DNA of 64,000 nucleotides, from NCBI GenBank assembly GCA_035270825.1, contig DATESL010000004.1, forward strand, positions 118,854-182,853, written 5' to 3'. Positions within the stretch are counted from its first letter, which is position 1. Each line of letters opens with the position of its first letter. A model generated the notes under the pieces. The model had not been told where the DNA came from. It made no database searches and worked only from the letters and a program-made list of their open reading frames with translations. This DNA comes from Candidatus Onthovivens sp. (GTDB lineage: Bacteria > Bacillota_I > Bacilli_A > RFN20 > CAG-826). Below are positions 9,587 through 19,809 of this stretch, piece after piece. The position numbers and the translations under genes were made by a program.

Positions 9587-11429
9587 TTTCAACCTCAACC
9601 ATTTCATAGGTTTCGATTATATCGCCTTCATGAATATCATTGAAGTTTTCAATTTTAATACCACATTCAAATCCACTACGGGCTTCTTTAACGTCATCTT
9701 TAAAACGCTTTAAAGATTCTAATTTTCCTTCATAAATAATAATTCCAGCTCTTAAGACACGGCATAAAGCATTAGCTTTAATTGATCCATCAGTAACCAT
9801 ACATCCAGCAATTAAACCAACTTTAGTAACTTTAAAGACATTACGAACTTCTGCTTGTCCTTGGACTTTTTCAACTTCGTCTTTTTTAACTTTACCCTTT
9901 AATAAATCTTCAACATCCTCAATTAAAGCATAAATTATACGGTGTAATATAATACTGACACCATGTTCTTCAGCTAACTTACGAACTTGAGCACTTGGAC
10001 GAACACTAAATCCATAAATAATGGCATGTGAGGCGCTAGCAAGTAAAACATCAGATTCAGTAATTGCACCTGGTGCTGAACGAATAACGTTAATATTAAC
10101 TTTTTCGCTATTTAATTTTTCTAAACTACTTTTGACAGCTTCTGCACTTCCAGTACTATCTGCTTTAATTAAAAGTGTTAAGGTGAATTTTTGATTTTCA
10201 CTCATTTTATTATAAACTTCATCAATTGTTGAAATTCCTTGCGTTAAAGCACGTTCTTCCTCAACCTTCTTTTCTAATCTTTTTTGAGCAATTTCACGAG
10301 CTTGTTTTTCACTTGAAAAAGCCATAAACGATTCTCCAGCAAGTGGAACATCACTTAACCCAATAATACTAACGGGGGTGGATGGACCAGCAGTTTTTAA
10401 AATCAAATTATGTTCATTGGTCATACGACGAACTTTACCATAAGTTGTTCCAACAACAACGAAATCAGAACTTAAAAGCGTCCCATTTTGGACAAGAAGT
10501 GTAGCTTTTGGACCTTCACCCTTATCTAATTCAGCTTCTAAAACTGTTCCACTAGCGTATCTTTTAGGATTAGATTTTAATTCTAACATCTCTGATTGTA
10601 AGACAATACTTTCAAGAAGTTCTTTGATTCCTTCACGCTTTTTAGCACTAATTTTACAAATAATAACATCACCGTTATATTCTTCTGCAATAATATCATG
10701 AGCTAAAAGTTCAGTTAAAACTTTATCAGGGTTAGCACCTGGAACATCCATTTTATTAATTGCAACAATAACTGGTACTCCAGCAGCTTTAGCATGATCT
10801 ATAGCTTCAATTGTTTGAGGCATAACTCCATCATCACTTGCAACAACAAGGACGACAATATCGGTCACCTTTGCTCCACGACTTCTCATAGCCGAGAAAG
10901 CTTCATGTCCTGGAGTATCAATAAAGGTAATTTTTTTACCATTAATTGTTTTTTGATAAGCACCAATTTCTTGAGAAATACCACCAACCTCACTATCAAC
11001 AACATTTGAGTTTCTAATAGCGTCAATCAGGGTAGTTTTACCATGATCAACGTGTCCCATAACGGTAACAACAGGCGATCTTTCTAATAAATCTTCAGCT
11101 TTATCTTCAATATTCATCTTATCAAAGTCTTCGTCGGCAACAATCTCTTCTTTTTTGAAATCAAAACCATATTCAATACAAAGTTCACCAATTGTTTGGT
11201 CATCTAAGTAGTTATTAATAGTTACTAATTTCTTTTCTAAAAATAATTTTTTAATAATTTCGGCTGGTAAAACTCCTAATTGTTTAGCTAGTTCTCCCAC
11301 TGTTAAGGATTTAGTATAAACAAAGACACCCCCTTGAACTTTATTTAAGTTGGTTGTTTTTTGCGTTCCTTTTTTTGGAACATTTGATTCTCGAACAAAT
11401 TTCTTGTTACTGTTGTTAGCTCTTTTCAT
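9576..11429 (-). CDS. infB: Translation initiation factor IF-2
   Basis: G-domain motifs [18 protein letters not shown] and NKMD. 617 aa, in the nusA-infB operon context. Confidence 0.97.
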   Translation of the reverse strand: MKRANNSNKKFVRESNVPKKGTQKTTNLNKVQGGVFVYTKSLTVGELAKQLGVLPAEIIKKLFLEKKLVTINNYLDDQTIGELCIEYGFDFKKEEIVADEDFDKMNIEDKAEDLLERSPVVTVMGHVDHGKTTLIDAIRNSNVVDSEVGGISQEIGAYQKTINGKKITFIDTPGHEAFSAMRSRGAKVTDIVVLVVASDDGVMPQTIEAIDHAKAAGVPVIVAINKMDVPGANPDKVLTELLAHDIIAEEYNGDVIICKISAKKREGIKELLESIVLQSEMLELKSNPKRYASGTVLEAELDKGEGPKATLLVQNGTLLSSDFVVVGTTYGKVRRMTNEHNLILKTAGPSTPVSIIGLSDVPLAGESFMAFSSEKQAREIAQKRLEKKVEEERALTQGISTIDEVYNKMSENQKFTLTLLIKADSTGSAEAVKSSLEKLNSEKVNINVIRSAPGAITESDVLLASASHAIIYGFSVRPSAQVRKLAEEHGVSIILHRIIYALIEDVEDLLKGKVKKDEVEKVQGQAEVRNVFKVTKVGLIAGCMVTDGSIKANALCRVLRAGIIIYEGKLESLKRFKDDVKEARSGFECGIKIENFNDIHEGDIIETYEMVEVENGK

Positions 11430-11446
11430 ACTTAACCCTCCCTTTT

Positions 11447-11707
11447 CTATTTTAATTTTAAAAATAACTTCATTCTCTCGTAAATTTCCTCATTTACTTT
11501 TGCCTCTAAAGCGCGATCTAAACAACGTGATTTAATGGCTACGTCAATTGCTTCAATACTTTTATGAATATAAGCACCACGTCCATTTGCTTTGCCACTG
11601 ATATCTAATAAGACTTCATTATTTGGTGTTTTAACAACACGAAATAATTCTTCTTTTGGATAAGATTTTTTTGTTGCTAAGCATTTTCTAATCGGAACTT
11701 TTTTCAT
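11447..11707 (-). CDS. ylxR: YlxR/RnpM (DUF448) RNA-binding protein
   Basis: Motifs PIRKCLATKK ... GRGAYIH. It lies between nusA and infB, as in Bacillus. Confidence 0.85.
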   Translation of the reverse strand: MKKVPIRKCLATKKSYPKEELFRVVKTPNNEVLLDISGKANGRGAYIHKSIEAIDVAIKSRCLDRALEAKVNEEIYERMKLFLKLK

Positions 11708-13449
11708 TATTTTTCCTCGTAGTAGTCGTCGCTATCGTATTCACTCCAATCTTCTTCAACTTCAATAACATCCTCGTTATCTAATTCTGCTAATTCTTCA
11801 GCAGTATAAATATCCATTTTACTGATGTTTTTCTTTTCTTCATCAGAAACTGGAATTTCTTCTTCGTAAACTTTCTTTTCAGTTTTCTTTTCGACTCTTT
11901 TCTTATAAGGCTTCTTATAATCATCACTTGGAGCATTGATTTTGTTTTTCTTTTCTTCTTCAAGCGCTTTTTCTAAAGATTCAAGTGTTGTCGTTGTTTT
12001 AACTTCACGAACTTCAGTTGGAACAACTTCTTCAACTATAGGAGTGGTTTCTTCTTCAATAACTACTGAAGTTTCGCCATCACTTGTTGTTTCATTAACA
12101 ATCTCCTCTTCTAAATCAACACCTTCATCCTCATCTTTATCAACAAATGATTCAGGGTTAATTTCAGCAACTATTTTTTCTTTTGATTTTAATAATTCTC
12201 TTTGACGAATTGATTCTTCTCTAAAGATTCTTCTTTCTTCTTCTTTGGTTTCAATTTCATCTTCAATTTGTAATTGTTCTAAAGTTGTGTAAGAAGTAAT
12301 GTTATTTTCTTCAAGCATTGTTTCATCAATAATGCGAATATCTTCTAAACCAGTTAAATCTTTGGCTAAGTTGACGTTTTGTCCTCTTAAACCAATTGCA
12401 AGTTTCATCGAATCAGCGGTAGTAATAACAACTGCTCTCTTATTTTCTTGATCGATATTAACTCCTAAAACTCTTCCAGGTTTTAAAATCTCACTTAAAT
12501 ATAAGCCAGTATTTGAATGCCATTGAACGATATCAATTTTTTCTTTTTCATCTTTTGCGTTTCCAAGTTGAGAAACAATTTTTTGAATTCTTTCTCCACC
12601 CTTACCAATACAAGCTCCGCTTGCATCAACGTTAGGATCGGTTGAATAAACAACTACTTTTGCTCTTTGACCTGCACGGCGAGCAATATCTTTAATAATT
12701 ACTGTCTTGTCATAAATTTCGTTAACTTCATTTTCAAAAAGTTTGCGTAAGAAATCTTTATGAGAACGAGAAACTTGAATTAAGGATGATTTTTTATCAT
12801 CTTTTCCAATTCCAACAACATAAACTTTAATAGGATCACCACTGCGATATTTTTCATCACCAATTAAATCCTTAGCTCCTAAAACAGCACTAGTTTTCCC
12901 AAGATTAACCATCACGATGTTACCATCAGCTTTTTCAACGGTTCCTGTAATAATATTGCCAATTTTACTCTTAAATGCTTCAAGAAGCATTTCCTTTTCA
13001 GCTTTAGCAATTTTTTGTTTAAAATTAGTAATAAAGCGAGTAACATCGCCTTTCCCTAATGTATCAAAATCAAATTCTTCCTCATAAAAATCACCTATTT
13101 TTAATTTAGCGTTTTTAAATTTAACATCCTTATTACTGATTTGGAGGAAATCATCAACGATATCATCCTCAGCAACAACTTCCCATTGATGAAAAACATT
13201 GATTTTTCCTGTTTTTAAATCAACTTCTGTACGGATATGAGCCGTAGGTAATTTTTCAATTTCCTTATTTAATGGATTGCGATCAACTGATCTTCTAAAT
13301 TTATTTGAAACGACTCTGAATTCATCTTCAAATTTCTTACCAACAGCAATTTGAAAAGACTCTTGAATTGCTTCAACTAAAAATTCATTACTTAATCCTT
13401 TTTTACTACCTAATTCGGTAATAGCTGCGACAAATGCTTTCTTATTCAT
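11707..13449 (-). CDS. nusA: Transcription termination/antitermination factor NusA with a long acidic C-terminal extension
   Basis: N-terminal domain, S1 (GNIITGTVEK) and two KH domains (GACIGKGGERIQ, IGLRGQNVNLA), followed by about 200 aa rich in E/D/K. Confidence 0.95.
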   Translation of the reverse strand: MNKKAFVAAITELGSKKGLSNEFLVEAIQESFQIAVGKKFEDEFRVVSNKFRRSVDRNPLNKEIEKLPTAHIRTEVDLKTGKINVFHQWEVVAEDDIVDDFLQISNKDVKFKNAKLKIGDFYEEEFDFDTLGKGDVTRFITNFKQKIAKAEKEMLLEAFKSKIGNIITGTVEKADGNIVMVNLGKTSAVLGAKDLIGDEKYRSGDPIKVYVVGIGKDDKKSSLIQVSRSHKDFLRKLFENEVNEIYDKTVIIKDIARRAGQRAKVVVYSTDPNVDASGACIGKGGERIQKIVSQLGNAKDEKEKIDIVQWHSNTGLYLSEILKPGRVLGVNIDQENKRAVVITTADSMKLAIGLRGQNVNLAKDLTGLEDIRIIDETMLEENNITSYTTLEQLQIEDEIETKEEERRIFREESIRQRELLKSKEKIVAEINPESFVDKDEDEGVDLEEEIVNETTSDGETSVVIEEETTPIVEEVVPTEVREVKTTTTLESLEKALEEEKKNKINAPSDDYKKPYKKRVEKKTEKKVYEEEIPVSDEEKKNISKMDIYTAEELAELDNEDVIEVEEDWSEYDSDDYYEEK

Positions 13450-13458
13450 ATTTTTCCC

Positions 13459-13920
13459 CTAAAATTTTATTGCTAATCTAGCACGATCAATATTTTCTTT
13501 TTCTAAAACAGCTTCAATACTACGTGTTTTTTCTTTATAGACAATTACTACTTCTTTCTCTGTGACACTCTTTAATGTTCCCTCTAAAGAATTCATTCCT
13601 TTGTAGGGATTAACTAAATGAACATTGACATATCTTTCAATATACTTATCAAGTGTTTCAATGGAGATCGGTTTTTCCGCCCCAAGAGATGAAACATCCA
13701 AAGTATAAGGAGTCTCAGTTTGATCGATTTGATCTAATAATTCCGATATTTTCTCACTAATATTGGTAATTTGTTCAATATTAATTGGATCATAGGAATC
13801 AACGACCACTTCTAAAATCAAGGTTTGACGTTCTTTTCTTTGCTTCAAAGAAGCCAGAAAATATCCTTCTTTTTTCAATAACTCACTAATATTTGTCTCA
13901 ATTTCATTTAAATTTTGCAT
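13459..13920 (-). CDS. rimP: Ribosome maturation factor RimP
   Basis: Conserved position upstream of nusA. I chose the start at 13920 (MQNLNEIE...), preceded by AGGAGG. Confidence 0.85.
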   Translation of the reverse strand: MQNLNEIETNISELLKKEGYFLASLKQRKERQTLILEVVVDSYDPINIEQITNISEKISELLDQIDQTETPYTLDVSSLGAEKPISIETLDKYIERYVNVHLVNPYKGMNSLEGTLKSVTEKEVVIVYKEKTRSIEAVLEKENIDRARLAIKF

Positions 13921-14099
13921 CAAATGCCTCCTATAAAAAAATAAGAATGCCAATTGGCACCCTTTAATTTTACTTAAACGATAACTTATTTTACCTAATT
14001 TACCACTTAAAAGTCAAGATTATATATATAAAGATTATAGAGGAATTATTATCAGGGATAAAGTCTTGTAAAAAAGCTTCCTAATGTTAGAATAAAAAT

Positions 14100-14525
14100 A
14101 TGAGAAGAGAAAAAAGTGTAGGTGCTGTAGTTTATAAAGTTGAAAATGGTCGGATTCTATTTCTTCTTGAACTAATGGGTCATGGCCACACTTCTTTGCC
14201 AAAAGGTCACATGGAAGGAAAAGAAACTGAGGTTGAAACTGCAACACGTGAAATTTTAGAAGAAACTGATTTAGATGTTACTATTGATAATCGTTTTCGT
14301 AAGGAAATTAAATATAATATTAATAAGGACGTTGTCAAAACAGTCGTCTTTTTTGTCGCTCGCTATGATGGTCATAAAAAACCAATTGATATTCATGACG
14401 AGGAAGTCTTATATTCATTTTTTATGCCTTTTGAAGAAGCTTTTAAAACATTAACCTTTGATAATGATAAAGATGTTTTAAAAGCAGCTTATGAGTATAT
14501 ATTAAAAAATCATCTAATTAATTAA
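14100..14525 (+). CDS. NUDIX hydrolase
   Basis: Nudix box GHMEGKETEVETATREILEETDL. 141 aa. Confidence 0.85.
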   Translation: MRREKSVGAVVYKVENGRILFLLELMGHGHTSLPKGHMEGKETEVETATREILEETDLDVTIDNRFRKEIKYNINKDVVKTVVFFVARYDGHKKPIDIHDEEVLYSFFMPFEEAFKTLTFDNDKDVLKAAYEYILKNHLIN

Positions 14526-15525
14526 CTTCACTTGGATAAGTCATTTTCCATTTTTTACGACATTTATCACATAATTTCATTACTTTTAATGTTTCAGATA
14601 ATGGCATTGAAGGGTTTTCCTTGAGCCCTTTTTTAATTGATTCATAAGTTTCGATAAATTCATATTCATAACCATTAAAATCATTAGTAATTTTAATTGA
14701 TTTAGCAAGTTCAAAGATGTTTTCATTGGCGCTTTTGCTACCTGAGGCAATTTTTTGATAAACATTAATTCTTTCAGGATTATTAATATTTTGAATTTCT
14801 AAATATCCATTTTCACCATAAATATAACCACTACGACTTGTGAATCCGTTCATTGTTGAATGTAAAAGAGCCATTTTATCGCCATAAACTAAATTAATTA
14901 TATTTATTTCATCCACTCCTTTTATAGACATTAAAGCTTCAGTATTAATCTTTTTATAATTATTGCCAAAAAACATTAAAGAAAAGTTTAGTGGGTAAAC
15001 GCCAACATCAAGTAAGGATCCTCCTCCCATTTCCGGCTCACGAATTCTTTCATGTCTTTTAATTGGATAACCTAAATTTGCTTCAATCAAATATGGTTTT
15101 CCTATTGTGTTTTCTTTTAATAAATCTTCAATAATTTTGCGTGATGGCATGTATCTTGTCCAGATTGCTTCAGCTAAAAATAAATTCTTTTCTTTTGCTA
15201 GTGCGATTACTTCGTTAGTTTCAACTGCGTTTAAACAAAATGCTTTTTCACATAAAACATGTTTATTATTATTTAGAGCTAATTTTATTTGTTCAAAATG
15301 TTTTGAAATTATCGTCGAAATATAAATTATTTCAATTTCTTTATCATTTACTAACTCTTCGTAAGTTTTATATGCTTTTTTAAAAGAAAATTGTTCCCTA
15401 AATTCCTCAGCACGTGAATAATCAGTTGCTGCACAACCATATAAAGTGTATTTTTCATTTAAATATACTAAAGTTTCAGCGGCCTTAGCTGCCATTTTCC
15501 CACAACCAATAAATCCAATGTTCAT
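14518..15525 (-). CDS. Gfo/Idh/MocA-family NAD(P)-dependent oxidoreductase
   Basis: N-terminal Rossmann motif IGFIGCGKMA and the EKAF motif (VLCEKAF). 335 aa. Confidence 0.85.
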   Translation of the reverse strand: MNIGFIGCGKMAAKAAETLVYLNEKYTLYGCAATDYSRAEEFREQFSFKKAYKTYEELVNDKEIEIIYISTIISKHFEQIKLALNNNKHVLCEKAFCLNAVETNEVIALAKEKNLFLAEAIWTRYMPSRKIIEDLLKENTIGKPYLIEANLGYPIKRHERIREPEMGGGSLLDVGVYPLNFSLMFFGNNYKKINTEALMSIKGVDEINIINLVYGDKMALLHSTMNGFTSRSGYIYGENGYLEIQNINNPERINVYQKIASGSKSANENIFELAKSIKITNDFNGYEYEFIETYESIKKGLKENPSMPLSETLKVMKLCDKCRKKWKMTYPSEVN

Positions 15526-15695
15526 AAATGATCTCCTTTTTAAGCTATTTATCTTATTATAATATAATACTTAATTAATTTAACTATCATTTCTAGATAT
15601 TTAATAAACACTTAAGATAGAAAGAATAAATATATCATAGAGTCTTTTCCTCTAAACAATAATATAGAGAACACATAAAAAGCACATGGACAAAA

Positions 15696-15719
15696 TAAAA
15701 ACACGATAGTTATCGTGTT
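15696..15719 (-). terminator. Intrinsic terminator downstream of tRNA-Gly
   Basis: Hairpin acacgat-agtt-atcgtgt, followed on the minus strand by a T run. A 25-nt stretch is identical to the one at 21012-21036. Confidence 0.7.
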
Positions 15720-15729
15720 ATATACTAAA

Positions 15730-15803
15730 TGGAGCATCAAACGGGAATCGAACCCGCATCCTTAGCTTGGGAAGCTAATATTCTACCACTGAACTATTGA
15801 TGC
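15730..15803 (-). tRNA. tRNA-Gly (anticodon CCC as I fold it)
   Basis: The reverse complement GCATCAATAGTTCAGTGGTAGAATATTAGCTTCCCAAGCTAAGGATGCGGGTTCGATTCCCGTTTGATGCTCCA folds into a cloverleaf: acceptor GCATCAA/TTGATGC, anticodon stem TTAGC/GCTAA, loop TTCCCAA, GTTCGATTC T-loop and encoded CCA. Confidence 0.8.
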
Positions 15804-15842
15804 ATACTTGTAATAATATCAAATAATTGTCATAATTAAAAT

Positions 15843-16523
15843 ATGAAATATGAAATAATACTTTTAATAATCGGACTAACTCTTTTTTTAGCTTTAGGAA
15901 TTATTGAATTAGTCTTTTGTTATCGTGAAAATGCGAAATTAAGGAAGATCTTCAAGTGTTTTTCAATCACGATTTTAGGAATAGTCCTATCAATTGTTTT
16001 TCCAGATAAACCATTTATTTATGTAGCGGCATTTCTTTATACAATTGGTGATTTTTTCTTAATATTTAAAGGTAAAAAGTATCTGACAATCGGAACCAAT
16101 TTCTTTTTATTAGCTCAGGTATCAGTAATAACTCAAATCATTATTTCTCTTAATCCAACTCTAGTTTTCACTGATTTTATTTATTTAATTATAATTTACT
16201 TGCTCTTCTTTACTCTTTTTAAAATTTTCTTTTATAAGAAGATGACGTTTAAATATTTTCTGCCAGCTTGTGGTTACTTTGCAATTCTGATTCTTGGCCA
16301 GTATATCTCGTTTCTTTATGCTTTAAAAACCAATTCTAATTATTTATTTTTAACTTCTCTTGGTTACACTATATTTATTTTTAGCGATCTATTTGTTTTG
16401 CGTCAAAATTTTGTCGTCACTAAACCACGAGAGGATTTCTTAATTATGTTAACTTATTACTTAGCTGTTGTGTTTGTTTTAATGGGATTAGTTTTTAGTT
16501 TTACTAATCTTTTTCTCTTTTAA
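15843..16523 (+). CDS. YhhN-family (lysoplasmalogenase-like) polytopic membrane protein
   Basis: About 7 TM segments and the YTIGDFFLI motif typical of YhhN/TMEM86. Confidence 0.6.
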   Translation: MKYEIILLIIGLTLFLALGIIELVFCYRENAKLRKIFKCFSITILGIVLSIVFPDKPFIYVAAFLYTIGDFFLIFKGKKYLTIGTNFFLLAQVSVITQIIISLNPTLVFTDFIYLIIIYLLFFTLFKIFFYKKMTFKYFLPACGYFAILILGQYISFLYALKTNSNYLFLTSLGYTIFIFSDLFVLRQNFVVTKPREDFLIMLTYYLAVVFVLMGLVFSFTNLFLF

Positions 16524-17189
16524 TAAAGTTTTAATATCAATAAATAGTGGTATCCCATAACTAATTAAACAAATTGAACCAATTAAAATGGCACAATTTT
16601 GAAAGAAAGTTACTTGGAAAATATTTATAATTGGATCTATACGATAATCAAAGAACCAGTTAGTTTTTGTTGGAAAAAATATTAAATGAAAAAAAGTAAA
16701 AGCGCCATTAAAGTCAATGAGTGCATAAATGGCTAAACATCCTCCAAAGACGAGTAAAATTAATGGAACAATCGAGAAAAATGATAATTTCTTGAATTTA
16801 ACAAGTTCAAAAACTCTAAATTTTAATAATGTTAGTAAAACTATTAATGAAGTAGCTGAAGCTCCCAAAAGGGAAAAATTGAAGATAAATAGTGTTCTTA
16901 CATCATAAAAATGCATCATTCCATCGTAAGTAAATGGTATTTTGCCTAGATCAAATGGTTTATTAAATATTAAAAAATCTAAAAGCAAATTATAGCTTTC
17001 TTTAATGTCTTCGACAGTTAGAGAAAGTCCGTTCCAATATTCTAAAACCTCCAAAACAAGTGTTGATTCAATATGAATATAATAGAAACCACGAATTAAA
17101 ATTGGTAAAGAAATACTAAAAGTTAAAATAAACAAGGTAAAAGACAAGCCAAGTAAAATATTTAAAGAATAGTTTCTTAATTTTATCAT
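16488..17189 (-). CDS. TIGR01906/DUF1461 integral membrane protein (the family of lipoprotein intramolecular transacylase Lit)
   Basis: Size, TM layout and the extracytoplasmic HFYDVRTLF motif resemble DUF1461. Recognition is from memory only. Confidence 0.5.
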   Translation of the reverse strand: MIKLRNYSLNILLGLSFTLFILTFSISLPILIRGFYYIHIESTLVLEVLEYWNGLSLTVEDIKESYNLLLDFLIFNKPFDLGKIPFTYDGMMHFYDVRTLFIFNFSLLGASATSLIVLLTLLKFRVFELVKFKKLSFFSIVPLILLVFGGCLAIYALIDFNGAFTFFHLIFFPTKTNWFFDYRIDPIINIFQVTFFQNCAILIGSICLISYGIPLFIDIKTLLKEKKISKTKN

Positions 17190-17190
17190 T

Positions 17191-18813
17191 TTATTTTAAA
17201 ACTTTAACGTCAATTTTCCCAACTAAAGTATGAGGAAATTTTTCTAAATAAACGATTTCTTTTGGTTTAGCGTAGGTACTGAGCCTATTTTCGATAGCAT
17301 TATTAATTTCCACATCATAATTTTTATTCTCAAAGTTTTTGTTTAATGAAACAAATAGTTTAATCATTGATCCTCTTTTTTCATCTTTAACTTCAGTCGC
17401 AGCACACTCAAAAATAAATGGTAAAGAAGAAACAATATTTTCAACCTCGCTTGGGAAGACAATAATTCCGTTGACCTTAATCATTCTTTTAATACGTTGC
17501 TTAAAATGTACATAACCATCTTCATCTACTGAACCAAAATCTCCTGTATGAATCCATTTCGTGCCGTCTTCGGTATGAAAGAAAACTTCATCGTTAATTT
17601 TTTTATTAGAATTATATCGATATCCATTCATTAGTGATTCACCACTCACACAAATTTCTCCATCGATATTTGGTGGTTGCATTACTCCCTCATCATTAAA
17701 CACTTGAATATTAATATTATATAATGCTTTGCCAACAGTTCCTGCTTTTTTAAAATCTTTGGTATTTACAGCACAAACCGTGACAGTTTCAGTTAATCCA
17801 TATCCTTCAAGTAAGCGAGTGGTTGATCCAATTGCTTCAAAACGAGCATTAAAACGAGCAAGGAGTGATTCGGAAACAAAGTCACCACCAATATAACAAG
17901 CCTTCAAGTTTTCAAGGATTTTTCCAGAGAATCCTTTGTTTTTTAAAAGGGCTTCATAAAGAGTAGGAACCCCGATAATATAATTTAATCTTTTCTTTTT
18001 AAGATGTTTAACTGTATCTTTTGCACTAAATTTTGGCATTAAAATATTACAAGTTCCATTAAAAAATTGTAAATGAATTCCAACTGTTAAACCAAAACCA
18101 TGGAACATTGGAAGAACACTTAGCATATATTGAACTTGCCCTTGTTTAAAATCTAGAACATTTTCATCGTTAGTTGCCAGTGCATTAATAGAAAAACTGC
18201 TTAAAGCAATAGTTTTTGCTTCCCCAGTTGTTCCACCACTATGAAGATAAAGAGCATCTTTAAAGAAATCCTTTTGATATTTCTTTAATGGTTTGCCTTC
18301 AAAAAACTTTTGTTCATCAAAATAATCTCTTTTTAAATATGTTAATTTTTTAGCATTTAATTTACGATAAGCAAATCTAACTATTGGTAATGCTTCTTTT
18401 GCAGGACAAACTGGAACAACAGTGATTCCTTTTTCCTTTAAAGATTCCATTTCATCATAACTTGTATCTAAACAAAATAAAATTTTAGAACCTACTTTGT
18501 CTAAAATAGCCTCTATTTGTTCTCTTTTAACAAGTGGGTGAACTAAATTTGCTATCGCCCCAATTTGATTAATGGCATAAAATAAGAAACAAGCTTGAGG
18601 AATATTAGGTAAGCAAACGGTGATAACATCATTTTCCTTAAATCCCATTTTTAAAAAGTTATTTGCAAAAATATTAATGTGTTTTAACAAATAATCATAA
18701 TTATAAAAACGATTCATATAATGATAAGCACGACGATTAGGATATTGCTTTGCTGAGCGATAAACGGCTTGAAATAATGTTTGTTGTTTTCTTTCTAAAT
18801 CATAATAATTCAT
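17191..18813 (-). CDS. AMP-dependent acyl-CoA/acyl-ACP synthetase (ANL superfamily)
   Basis: AMP-binding motif HSGGTTGEAKTI, plus GYGLTET and TGD...DEDGY. 540 aa. Confidence 0.85.
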   Translation of the reverse strand: MNYYDLERKQQTLFQAVYRSAKQYPNRRAYHYMNRFYNYDYLLKHINIFANNFLKMGFKENDVITVCLPNIPQACFLFYAINQIGAIANLVHPLVKREQIEAILDKVGSKILFCLDTSYDEMESLKEKGITVVPVCPAKEALPIVRFAYRKLNAKKLTYLKRDYFDEQKFFEGKPLKKYQKDFFKDALYLHSGGTTGEAKTIALSSFSINALATNDENVLDFKQGQVQYMLSVLPMFHGFGLTVGIHLQFFNGTCNILMPKFSAKDTVKHLKKKRLNYIIGVPTLYEALLKNKGFSGKILENLKACYIGGDFVSESLLARFNARFEAIGSTTRLLEGYGLTETVTVCAVNTKDFKKAGTVGKALYNINIQVFNDEGVMQPPNIDGEICVSGESLMNGYRYNSNKKINDEVFFHTEDGTKWIHTGDFGSVDEDGYVHFKQRIKRMIKVNGIIVFPSEVENIVSSLPFIFECAATEVKDEKRGSMIKLFVSLNKNFENKNYDVEINNAIENRLSTYAKPKEIVYLEKFPHTLVGKIDVKVLK

Positions 18814-18828
18814 AATTTTCTCCTAAAT

Positions 18829-19740
18829 TTAAAAATTTAATTTAAAGCCTAAAGCTAAAAATAAAATAACATATAAAATAATAAAAACTACTTGATGGAT
18901 TATATAAACCCAAATGGTCTTTCTTCCAATAAAAAATATTGGTCTTGTAAACGCATTATTGATTCCTGGAACAAGAGATTTTTTCTCCTTAAAGACCGTT
19001 TCGCCAATAAAAGCACCAATAAAAATAAAACCAACATAAGGAAATATTGGAAAGAAATCAGCTCCATATCTTGTCGATCCAACAATTGATCCAAAAATCA
19101 CTTCAAGCCAACTTTTTACATCAGTTGGAGGAATAGCGGACTCAATGCTGCCATAGTAACCAAAACCAACTCCCAAAGAAACAAAAATAATCCCAAGAAG
19201 GAGGGCTATATATTTCCAAATATTTTGATGATGTTCTTTAAATGCTTTTCGCGATAAAAAATTCAAAAATGCGTAAATTATGATTGAAAGTCCAAAACAA
19301 GACATAACTCCAAAAGGAATAAATGTATTTTCAAACCCAGGAATCAAAAGTGAAGCACCCAGTGTTGCAAAAGTAATTACCAAACCAAAACCTAAGGCAT
19401 ATGATCCTCTTTTAAAATTAGATTTAGATAAATAACAGCTAATTCCTGACAATATAAAGAAAATTGCAATAATAATTAATCTAATATAGTGACGAAATTC
19501 ATTTCCATAATAAAAATTAGCACCCTTCAACCAACCCTCTAACCAAGAAGGGTTATCAGGAGAGTATGGATTAAATCCAAACAAAATTGTAATTATTCCT
19601 CCAAAACGTGATGTCATATCCCACATAAAGTGGTCCATACACATTAAGATTATGCAAATACCTCTAATTAAGTCAATTTCATGAATTCTCTCACGAATTG
19701 GCTTCTTTTGTATAAGGGCTTTTTCTTTTATCATATTCAA
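18829..19740 (-). CDS. DUF1624 (heparan-alpha-glucosaminide N-acetyltransferase-like) membrane acyltransferase-family protein
   Basis: N-terminal EIDLIRGICIILMCMDHF signature and a polytopic layout. Confidence 0.65.
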   Translation of the reverse strand: MNMIKEKALIQKKPIRERIHEIDLIRGICIILMCMDHFMWDMTSRFGGIITILFGFNPYSPDNPSWLEGWLKGANFYYGNEFRHYIRLIIIAIFFILSGISCYLSKSNFKRGSYALGFGLVITFATLGASLLIPGFENTFIPFGVMSCFGLSIIIYAFLNFLSRKAFKEHHQNIWKYIALLLGIIFVSLGVGFGYYGSIESAIPPTDVKSWLEVIFGSIVGSTRYGADFFPIFPYVGFIFIGAFIGETVFKEKKSLVPGINNAFTRPIFFIGRKTIWVYIIHQVVFIILYVILFLALGFKLNF

Positions 19741-19809
19741 CTATTTTACCACAATAGAGTAAAAAATAAAGCACTAAATATTTTGTTAAAACACGACCAT
19801 TAAGCCATT

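Noticed and set aside
14035-14247. 70-aa minus-strand ORF overlapping the NUDIX gene start
   Set aside because: It overlaps a well-supported gene, has no RBS and has no recognisable motif.
16488-16523. 36-nt convergent 3' overlap of the YhhN and DUF1461 genes, and the 11-nt overlap at 9227-9237; considered as antisense regulation
   Set aside because: Short convergent overlaps are frequent in compact AT-rich genomes. Nothing else supports a regulatory role.
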